A DNA stretch of 64,000 bases from Octopus vulgaris (Eukaryota). Under the pieces are notes generated by a model that saw only the letters and a list, made by a program, of their open reading frames with translations, searched no databases and was not told the DNA's origin. This document shows positions 53,693 through 64,000 of this stretch, piece by piece (within the stretch, counting starts at the first letter, position 1; each line of letters opens with the position of its first letter). Where the stretch lies: positions 110,236,001 to 110,300,000 of the forward strand of contig OX597819.1 in the NCBI GenBank assembly GCA_951406725.2, read 5' to 3'. The position numbers and the translations under genes are program-made.

Positions 53693-53793
53693 GAAACGTT
53701 TTGAATATGAAAGCTGGCCACAGTTTAATGATGCTGATTGGTGAACCAGTTTTTTGGGGTTGCATTGAGCTCTACCAACATAATGTAGGATAG
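53693..53793 (+). CDS. TRMT5: Candidate TRMT5 terminal exon (GNVLNMKAG...HNVG*), with 3' UTR to about 54010
   Basis: Acceptor tttgtttacag, phase-1 frame open to TAG 53791-53793; unique sequence; AATAAA at 53987-53992. No conserved motif to confirm it. Confidence 0.45.
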
Positions 53794-55779
53794 ATACAGT
53801 AGTAGTAACAATAGTTCTTGGATGGAATTTATAAACACTTAATGCAGTACTACATGTGTTTCCACAAATCCCATGTCTCTTAAGACCACAGTCCATATTC
53901 CTGGGATGATTACAGTGTAGTCCGTAGTATCTGTGGCATCATGTTGATCATCTTCATGGATTCATCTCTTCAGGCAATATAACATTAATAAATGTTTAAC
54001 TGAAGGTTGTTTATCCCTTTTGAACTGTATAAAGTTTATGAGTTCCTCTCCAAGGCACAAGTCTGGGCAGAGTTGTTTATGGAAGACCAGCAGTCGCCTA
54101 TGCATACCAAGCTCCCCTTTCCATGCCACTGATGTTATCCAAGGGAATGGTAAAGGCCAATACAGCTTGGCACCAGTGACGTCACAACTCATTTCTACTG
54201 CTGAGTGAACTGGAGCAACGTGAAATAAAGCGTCTTGCTGAAGAACACAACACATAGCCTAGTCCAAGAGTCAAACTCACTACCTCATGATTGTGGGTCT
54301 GATGCTTTAACCACTGAACCATGCACCTTCATGTGCTGTATTGTCTCACCAACATTTGATAGCTTGTCTCCAACGCAGCTAAAGAGTTCTCTCCATTTTG
54401 CATCTCCTGCATTCATCTTCTCATCACCAACCAATTCACAGCACAGACTGGGTGCATTTATGAAGAGGTTTTCTCCAGCAAGACTTAAGAATCTCCTCTA
54501 ACTTCTCTTGCCTCTACCCAGTTCTCCTTGTTATGCCGTTCAGATTCAACCGGTTACCATTCGTATTACCAACACATCAACACTTTGTAGTAGTTTTAAT
54601 TTAACCCTTTAGCATTTAAAGCAGCAGCATCTGGCCCAGATATTCTACTTGTTTTATGTTCAAACTGACCAGGTCTGGCCTCTCACGCTTATCCTACAAT
54701 GTCATTTTAAAAATGAACTCTCACATCATTGAAATCCTGAAGCTGCAAGATAATACATGATTAACTGAAAACAGTGTGAATAAATAACCATTGTATTTGA
54801 GAGAGTAACCTGCATATGAAAGGGTGAAAGTTATCTCTTTCATAGCTGAGTGACCTACTCTGAGGTTTGTGAAAGACTCTCCCATCTCTACTATGTAATC
54901 ATTTGGGTAGAATTCCACCCATGTGCTATTCAAGCTTGTTTGCATTGTCCAGGTTTTGAGACAGCTTGGGTTGCCTTTTCTCCTTGGCAGGCAAGGAAGC
55001 ATTTGTTCTCTTTGCTATGATTCTAAAATAAATGGATATAGCATAATCACTGTTATGGGATCGAGTGATAGTGTGGGGTTTGTCTTCAAGGTACAAGGGG
55101 AGGAAGAAAAGACTTCCTTCATTCCTTCCTTCCTTTGTTCCTTTCTTTGTTCCTTCCTTCATTCGTTCCTTCCTTCGTTCGTTCCTTCCTTCGTTTGTTC
55201 GTTCGTTCGTTCATTCCTTCCTTCGTTCCTTCCTTCCTTTGTTCCTTCGTTCCTTCCTTCATTCGTTCATTCCTTCCTTCCTCTTTCCTTCCCTCCCTCC
55301 CTCCCTCCCTAATATAGACTCATAAGGGCCAGTTTCCTGGTTTCCATGGTGCATATATTTCCAACCAGGGTGGGATGCTGGTCTGTCGCAGGCTTATTCC
55401 TTTTTGCCAGCTGAGCGCACTGGAGCAACGTGAAATGAAGTGTTTTTGCTAAAGAACACAACGCGTCGCCCCATCAGGGGAATTGAAACCACAATCTTAT
55501 GATGAAGAGACCAGCTCTAGTAAGAAAAAAATGATTTTAACAGTATTTTGTGGCATAGAAAATCATAAATTTATTCTGTACGAATACTTTTTGCACCTCT
55601 ACATATTTATAATTGAATATAAATTCCTTAGTTACTACAATTTATTAGTTTCTTTTCCATATTCTTAGTTTATGCCTGTGTATGCAAATATAGTATTGGT
55701 ATATCCCATTTATGTTCATTAGAAATTAAATAAATAAAGAATTTTAACATGTACGAATATTTATTTCCCCCCACTGTAT

Positions 55780-56101
55780 ATATATATATAAGGAAAATAA
55801 GACAAGGTAGAAAATGGTAAAATAATTTTATCATGAAGAACATTTTAGTACTAGTTTCAGACTTTGCGACATTTTTAACTTAGAGTAAAATATGAAAAAG
55901 AATTAAATTGCGGAAAAATTAAACGAAATGTTTTTTAAAAATATTTCCATAGTTTATTTAATTTTTCCACTATTTAATTGGTTTTCATGCTTTACTCTAA
56001 GTTGAAAAAGTTGCAAAGACTCAAAGCGGTACTAAAATGTTCTTCATGATAAAATTATTCAAGCATTTTTTACCTTGTCTTATTTTCCTTATATATATAT
56101 A
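55780..56101. mobile_element. Fold-back element (about 140-bp diverged arms) in (TA)n
   Basis: taaggaaaataagacaagg... / ...ccttgtcttattttcctta. Confidence 0.75.
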
Positions 56102-56129
56102 TCAACTCACGTGTTCCTTTTCAACCTTC

Positions 56130-56174
<45 letters not shown>

Positions 56175-57150
56175 GTGTGGTTAGGAAGTTTGCTTCTCAA
56201 GTATGTGGTTTCAGGTTCATTCCCACTGTGTGACACCTTGGGCAAGTGTCTTCTACTATAGCCTCAGGCTGACCAAAGCCTGGTGAGTGGATTTTGTTGT
56301 CGGAAACTGAAAGAAGCCCGTCATATATATGTATATATATAATAATAATATTAGGGAGTAAATCCAAACTTACAGGGAAAAATTAGATTTAGGGTTAAAT
56401 CTAATTTTATAGTATAAATATATATTATATTAAATTAAGGATAAAATCACTATTAGGCAAATCAAACAGTGAAAATCATAAGCCAATACATAGAAATAAA
56501 ATTAATTAAGTGTCTTCTGCTATGGCCCGTGGCCAACCTTAGCTCTGTGATTGAATTTGATAGGTGGAAGTTACCATTGTATGTATAAATGTGTGTGTAA
56601 GTGCCTGTGTCTCATTTAATGCCTATGTATATACATATATATGTGTATTTATATTTATACATGTATACACATACATGTATAAACACAAATTTTATCGTCT
56701 GTTTTGCCATGCCTGGACAGGCAGGTGGATTGTCTCCCGGATAGTGTATGCCCAATCCATATGGTCTTTTGTCAGCACCTCCATAACATACACCAACTTC
56801 TGATCTGTCTTCACCAATTTGTTACAAGTCTTCCTCAGTCTTCTCCTCCTCCTATGTGTGTGTGTGTGTGTATAAATATGTGTGTGTGCATGTATGTATG
56901 TGTGTATATGTATGTATATATATATATATATATATATGTGTGTATGTGTGTGAGCATGTGCATGTATGCATGTGTGTATGTGCATGTATGCATGTGTGTA
57001 TGTGCATGTATATATGTGTATATATGTGCATATATATATATATATATATATGCACACACACACGTACATGCATAGATGTATCTTTACCCACACATGCACA
57101 CACACATGAATATAGGTACATACATGTTCAGTGTGTATGATTGGGTGTGT

Positions 57151-57203
<53 letters not shown>

Positions 57204-57379
57204 CATGACTGAGATGTATGACCCCAGTCAGAACAACAGCTGTGTACAGTTACTAACACAGATATTGCATCCATCTCTAATCTCTGCTGTCAAACAAACC
57301 GTGTGTGTGGTTTAACAACATTTTGTAAAGGGCACCGTAACCTCTAATCATTCCTTTCGATGACCCTACCCTTCTCTGT

Positions 57380-57805
57380 GCTGTGTATGCCATCGCACAC
57401 TCCACTGCATTCATGTCTGTAAAACTGCATTTATCAAAACTCGATTGCACTCTGGTGCCCTTTGCAATCCTACACTGTTCCACATTTGTTTCCGTGGGAG
57501 GGTATTCAACAGCAATACAAGTCACTCGTAATTTCTGTACTTAATTCTGCATTCTTATGCACTGCGCTTTACTTGAAAACACTGCGATCCTATACACTGC
57601 ATTCTGCTTGAAAACACTGCATTTGTATACATCTCACTTCATTCAAAAACATTGCATTCCTGTGTACTGCACCTCCCCCAAATACACTGCATCAGGTACA
57701 CTGCACTCCACTTGAAAACGCTGCATTTCTGTGCACTCCTTAAACATTGTCTTCCTTGACATTGTACTCGATTCTGCAACACTGTATTGCACTCCACTAC
57801 ACTCT
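57380..57805. repeat. Degenerate ACACTGCATT-based tandem repeat
   Basis: Recurrent (A)CACTGCA(TT) every 20-25 bp. Confidence 0.7.
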
Positions 57806-58688
57806 GTCTGATTACTACCACCACCTCCACAACAGCAACAAGGAACCACTGTTGTTTTTGTAGTACCACTTTGCTTTCTTTAAGTAGTTGTTATGTCTAG
57901 TGCCCACCTAAATGGCGAGTGAGGTATCATGACTAAACTAACCTAACATGGATGATAATTTTATAAATTTTACTCTAAAAATGGATTCTATAAGCTGAAA
58001 TGATAAAAATTTACTAAAGACGAAAGTTGTAAATTTATTTTATACATTGCAAATTAATGACTTCCTTACGCCTGATGAGATCTCATTTTATTTTAATAAC
58101 CATTACTAGTTTTATCATGTATAATATAATTACTACCATAGATGCAGGAGTGGCTGTGTGGTAAGAAGCTTACTTCCCAAGGCAGTGGACTGGCAGAAAC
58201 GTTAGCACATCGGGCAAAATGTTTAGTGGTATTTCGTCTGTCTTTTTGTTCTGAGTTCAAATTCTGCCGAGGTCGACTTTGCCTTTCATCCTTTCGGAGT
58301 CGATAAATTAAGTACCAATTCATACTGGGGTCGATCTAATTGGCTGACCCCCTCCCTCAAAATTTCTGTCCTTGTGCCTAGAGTAGAAAAGAAGCTTGCT
58401 TCACATGGTTCTGGGTTCAGTCCCACTGCATGGCACCTTGGGTACGTGTCTTCTACTATAGCCTCAGGCCGGTTAAGCTTTGTGAGCGGATTTGGTAGAC
58501 AGAAACTGAAAGAAGCCCATCGTATATATATCATCATCATCATCATCGTTTAGCGTCCGCTTTCGATGATGATGATGATGATGATGATGATATATATACG
58601 TTATATATATATTCGTTATGGGGGACGTAAACACACCAACATTGGTTATCAAGGGATGGGAGGGGCACAAACACAGACACACAAATAC

Positions 58689-58725
<37 letters not shown>

Positions 58726-59826
58726 CATACATACATATGGGGAGAAATACATACATAACTACATATATATGTATGTATGTATGTATTTATGCATCTCTGT
58801 TTACATTCTCATAACTTGGCAGTTCAAGACTGATAGGATAAGTACTAGGCTTACAAAGAATAAGTCCTGTGGGTCAATTTGTTTGTCAAGTCGGCCTTGG
58901 TGCAATTTGAACTCAGAGCATAACGGCAGACGAAATGCCACTAAGCATTTCGCCCAGCGTGCTAATGATTCTGCAAGCTCATTGCCTTATTCTTCTTTCT
59001 CCATATTAACATATATGTATGCATGTACACATGCACACACACCGTTACATTCTGTGTTCACATTCCGCCAAGGTCGACATTGCCTTTCATCCTTTCAGGG
59101 TCAATTAAATAAGTACCAGTTACGTACTGGGGTCGATGTAATCGACTTAATCCCTTTGTATGTCCCCTCTGTGTTTAGCCCCCTGTGGGCAATAAAGAAA
59201 TATATATATATATATATACATACATATAGTTGAAATTTACAGAAAAACAAAAGACAAAGACAGGTGTATTAGTTGTTTGACACTTGGGAAAGGGAGAAAC
59301 AGCTGCCCACAGTGCAATGTTGAAAGATTGAACCTCAAACCAAGTGAGCATTTTAACCACACAGCCTTGCCTGTGCTTTGTATGTGTGTGTTTATAATAT
59401 ATATTATCATCATTGTCTAATGCCTGTTTTCCATGCTGGCATGGGTTGGACAGTTCGACAGGGTATATATATATACATATGTACATCTGTATATGTGTGT
59501 ACATACATATACATACACACACACACACACACACACACATATAATATATACACACACACACATTACAAATATATATATATACACATGGATATATGTATAG
59601 GACTATGTTAAGCTCCAAAGCTTTGTATGTGTGTGTGTGTGTGTGTTTATAATATATGTCATCATCATTGTCTAATGCCTGTTTTCCATGCTGGCATGAG
59701 TTGAACAGTTCGACAGGATATATATATATATATATATTTATATAATAATAATAATAGTAGTAGAGAATATAATTCCAAAACTTACAGGAAAAAATTCAAT
59801 TTAACAATTTTAAATCAAATTTCACA

Positions 59827-60115
59827 ATATATAATTTAGAGAAAAACCACTATTAAGCAATTCAATAAAGAAAGATATTATTCACACCATATAGAAAACA
59901 TATACTATAAAAAAAAACCTTATTTTAAAATTCAATAAAGTAAAATAAATAGTAAATAGTAGTAGTAGTAAGAAGTCTGTTTACTACTATTTACTATTTA
60001 TTGTACTTTATTGCGTTTTAAAATAAGTTTTTTTATAGTATATGTTTTCTATATGATGTGAATATTATATTTCTTTATTGAATTGTTTAATAGAGGTTTT
60101 TCTCTAAATTATATA
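59827..60115. mobile_element. AT-rich fold-back element (about 130-bp arms)
   Basis: tataatttagagaaaaacc... / ...ggtttttctctaaattata; related one-armed copy at about 56340-56510. Confidence 0.7.
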
Positions 60116-60485
60116 TATATATATATATAAGCACCATCCGTTCGTGTCTGTTGCCAGCCTTGCCTGGCCCTCGTGCCGGTGGCACATAAAAAGCACCATC
60201 CGTTCGTGGCCGTTTGCCAGCTCTGACTGGCACCTGTGCGGGTGGCACGTAAAAAGCACCCACTACACTCACGGAGTGGTTGGCGTTAGGAAGGGCATCC
60301 AGCCGTAGAAACACTGCCAGATTTGACTGGGCCTGATGAAGCCTTCTGGCTTCACAGACCCCAGTAGAACCGTCCAACCCATGCTAGCATGGAAAACGGA
60401 CACTAAACGATGTTGATGATGATGATGATGATGATATATATATATATATATACTTTATTTAAAGCAGCAGAAAATTCAACAAAAC

Positions 60486-60523
60486 CTGTTACTCTGAGTT
60501 TCACGTTGCCGTTCGTCGGACAG
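60486..60523 (-). ncRNA. Minimal hammerhead ribozyme-like motif (U4C core variant)
   Basis: Minus strand: CTGT-CCGACGA-ACG GCAA CGT-GAAA-CTC A GAG-TA-ACAG; all three stems pair; AATAAA about 30 nt downstream. Confidence 0.7.
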
Positions 60524-62130
60524 TTACGTACATCTATATATGTGTATAAATACATATATATACAGGGTTTTACCATTGGGTGCCCTATTGTTTTTAATAT
60601 GTATTTATATTTGGTTTTTGATAATTTGGTTATGATGTAAAGTTGTTTTGACTGATTGGAGAGTTTATTCATTATATTTTTCAATTTATTTCTACTCACT
60701 TTCTCTCTCTCTCTCTCTCTCACACACACATATATTATATACTAGCATGGACAACGGACATTAAATGATGATGATATAAGTATACACACACACACACTCA
60801 TACATACATAGACAGACACTTTGCTTCATCTGATAGGGTATGTGTGTGTGTGTGATGGGAGTTGGGTTGAGGGTTCCTGCTTTACCAATTCTACATTGCT
60901 GAGAGACATGATAAATATTTACAGTGTTGCCACCATGGTATGCTCTATACATTAGACACACACACACTCTCTCTCTATCACACACGCACAGAGTCACACT
61001 CTGATACACAAAACATGCATACACACACACACTTTTGCACACGTGTGTGTATATACTTTCTTTGCATATATAACACTATTACCATTTGCACACATAGACC
61101 ACCAACCTATTAACAGGTAAAAAGGAACTGACATTGAAAGAGCATTTAGCCTGTTAGAAAAAGCAGCTAAATCTGTCAGAAATCGCATCATACTATATTC
61201 ATCATCATCATCATCATTTAGCGTCCGCTTTCCATGCTAGCATGGGTTGGACAGTTCAACTGGGGTCTGTGAAGCCAGAAGGCTGCATCAGGCCCAGTCT
61301 GATCTGGCAATGTTTCTATGGCTGGATGCCCTTCCTAACGCCAACCACTCCGTGAATGTAGTGGGTGCTTTTTACGCGCCACCCGCACAGGTGCTAGATG
61401 GAGCTGGCAAACGGCCACGGTCGGATGGTGCTTTTTACGTGCCACCTGCACGGGGCCAGGCGAGGCTGGCAACGGCCACGAATGGATGGTGCTTTTTATG
61501 TGCCACCGGCACGAGGCCAGTTGGGACGGCGCTGGCAACGGTCACAAACAGATGGTGGTGCCAGACGAGTCTGGCAGGCAAAATGCTTAGCGGTATGTTG
61601 TCTGTTGCTACATTCTGAGTTCAAATTCCACCGAGATTCAGTTTGCTTTTCACTCTTTTGGAGGCCAATAAATTAAGTACCAATCAAGTACTGGGATTGA
61701 TATGATCGACTATTCCCCTCCCACAAATTTAAGATTTTGTGCCTTTAGTAGAAAGGACATTACAAAAATAAAGGACGTAGTGACTGAAAGGCAAAGTCAA
61801 TCTCAGTGGAATTTGAACTCAGAATGTAGCAACCGGTGAAACGGTGAAATACCGCTAAGCACTTTGCTTGGTGTGCTAACGATTCTGCCAGATCACTGCC
61901 TTTTTTATTTTTATAATTTAGTATGATGTGATTTCTGGCAGATTTAGCTGCTTTTCTAACAGGCTAAATGCTCTTTCAATGTCTGTTCTCCAAAATGAGG
62001 GGATGGTTTTGGGTGGATAGTCTTTTATCATAGGCCTACAAGCCATACACTTGAAGAAACTTCAAAATCACTATCAATAAAACTATCATGTGTGTGTGTG
62101 TATATATATATATATATGCATGTATGTATG

Positions 62131-62200
<70 letters not shown>

Positions 62201-62231
62201 TGTATGTATATATATATATATATGTATGTAT

Positions 62232-62277
<46 letters not shown>

Positions 62278-62279
<2 letters not shown>

Positions 62280-62414
62280 GAGTCATAGCTACAAGTTTGT
62301 AACAGGTCTGAAAATTATTACATAAATATATCTCTACATTGCATATATTTGCATCAAATTGTACTTGGGATTAAAAATTTTTATTTTAAAAAATGTTCCA
62401 AACTTTTGGTCATG

Positions 62415-62420
<6 letters not shown>
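62278..62420. mobile_element. Tiny Tc1-like MITE
   Basis: CAGAGTCATAGCTACAAGTTTG / CAAACTTTTGGTCATGACTCTG inverted ends inside CA/TG repeats. Confidence 0.55.
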
Positions 62421-62485
<65 letters not shown>

Positions 62486-62493
<8 letters not shown>

Positions 62494-62835
62494 AGAGATA
62501 GAAACACCCACAACTTCATCAACTCCAAATAATATTAACTCAACCAAGCTATAAAATGTTAAATAATATACTTACTATTTATATATTTATAATCCCAAAA
62601 TCTGGGGAAAGTAGACCTGACAATTGGGAGTGCATAAACATAATGAGTTTTGGAATGAGACTTTGTGTCTTAACAATACCATATGTACCCCCATGAAACA
62701 CATATAGTTCGTAATATGAAAATTTGGGGATTATGAATATTTATAGTAAGTATATTATTTAACATGTTATGGCTTGGTTGAGTTAATATCGTTTGGAGTT
62801 GATGAAGTTGTAGGTGTTTCTATCTCTAACAATAT
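62486..62835. mobile_element. Fold-back element (about 115-bp arms) with a degenerate hammerhead-like core in the spacer
   Basis: atattgttagagatagaaacacc / ggtgtttctatctctaacaatat; spacer CTGACAA-TTGGGAGTGCAT..ATGTACCCCCAT-GAAAC. Confidence 0.75.
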
Positions 62836-63070
62836 TTTGATATATATGAATTAATTATTGAGAGTAATTCAATTGAATATTTTTAATTTGAATGTCTCAT
62901 TCCTATGACACTAGAATTGATATTCCCTAATTATTATAATTATTATTACAGTCATCTGCTAAAATAAGTCTTTTTTTTTTTTAAAAAAAGTCACTACATT
63001 ACTGACCACCAGTAGATCATATCTTCATATAGTTAATGTATATTTAAGTTTGCAAATATGAGACTAACAG

Positions 63071-63808
63071 AAGTATGGAAAGCCATTGGTGCCAAGGGCC
63101 AAAATCGCAAAGTATGGAAAGCCGTCGGGGCCAAAATCGCAAAGTATGGAAAGCCGTCGGGGCCAAAATCGCAAAGTATGGAAAGCCGTCGGGGCCAAAA
63201 TCTCAAAGTATGGAAAGCCGTCGGGGCCAAAATTGCAAAGTATGGAAAGCCGTCGGGGCCAAAATCTCAAAGTATGGAAAGCCGTCGGGGCCAAAATCGC
63301 AAAGTATGGAAAGCCGTCGGGGCCAAAATTGCAAAGTATGGAAAGCCGTCGGGGCCAAAATCGCAAAGTATGGAAAGCCGTCGTGGCCAAAATCTCAAAG
63401 TATGGAAAGCCGTCGGGGCCAAAATCGCAAAGTATGGAAAGCCGTCGGGGCCAAAATTGCAAAGTATGGAAAGCCGTCGGGGCCAAAATTGCAAAGTATG
63501 GAAAGCCGTCGGGGCCCAAAATTGCAAAGTATAGAAAGCCGTCGGGGCCAAAATCGCAAAGTATGGAAAGCCGTCGGGGCCAAAATCGCAAAGTATGGAA
63601 AGCCGTCGGGGCCAAAATCGCAAAGTATGGAAAGCCGTCGGGGCCAAAATCGCAAAGTATGGAAAGCCGTCGGGGCCAAAATCGCAAAGTACGAAAAGCC
63701 GTCGGGGCCAAAATCGCAAAGTACGGAAAGCCAGCAATGCCAAAATCACATAGTATGGAAAGCCAGCAATGCCAAAATCACATAGTACGGAAAGCCAGCA
63801 ATGCCAAA
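63071..63808. repeat. 32-bp minisatellite, about 23 copies (CCAAAATCGCAAAGTATGGAAAGCCGTCGGGG)
   Basis: 32-bp period (63099, 63131, ...); no spacers; degenerate units at both ends. Confidence 0.97.
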
Positions 63809-64000
63809 GATTTATGTAGATGCTTATGGTATCTGATATGGATATCTGATATGGTATCTGATATGGCCACACAAATACAACTCTTGAACATTCAGATTTC
63901 TTTGTCAAATGTAAACCTTATTTATTCACATTGTTTTGAATTAATCATGCATTTTCTCATAGCTTCACAATTTCTATGATGTGGTTGTTTATTTTTAGAA

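Noticed and set aside
63071-63808. CRISPR array
   Set aside because: Units are contiguous with no unique spacers; there are no cas genes and the context is eukaryotic.

Overview
Eukaryotic, AT-rich, microsatellite- and transposon-dense DNA. The SINE/RTE repertoire strongly suggests an octopus (coleoid cephalopod) genome; this is inference. Two spliced protein-coding genes lie head-to-head. (1) TRMT5 (tRNA m1G37 methyltransferase) on + has exons 31317-31724, 40865-41249, 46371-46559 and 51430-52263, plus a probable last exon from 53693. (2) A divergent BCR/ABR-like DH-PH (RhoGEF-type) gene on -, mostly invisible in the ORF track, was reconstructed from 10 phase-compatible coding exons (18542 to 745). 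It has a probable 5'-UTR exon and a CCAAT/E-box promoter near 25.6-25.75 kb and probably continues beyond the window start. The introns hold a decayed Penelope element with inverted pLTRs, a full-length frameshifted mariner, RTE, Hero, R4/Dong and CR1-like LINE remnants, several MITEs, dozens of tRNA-derived SINEs and a 32-bp minisatellite. The most unusual signals are a Penelope pLTR carrying a tRNA-like Pol III head plus a minimal hammerhead ribozyme, which also occurs as a solo SINE-like copy, and several unrelated fold-back elements built around hammerhead-like cores. All calls are by eye; no searches were run.
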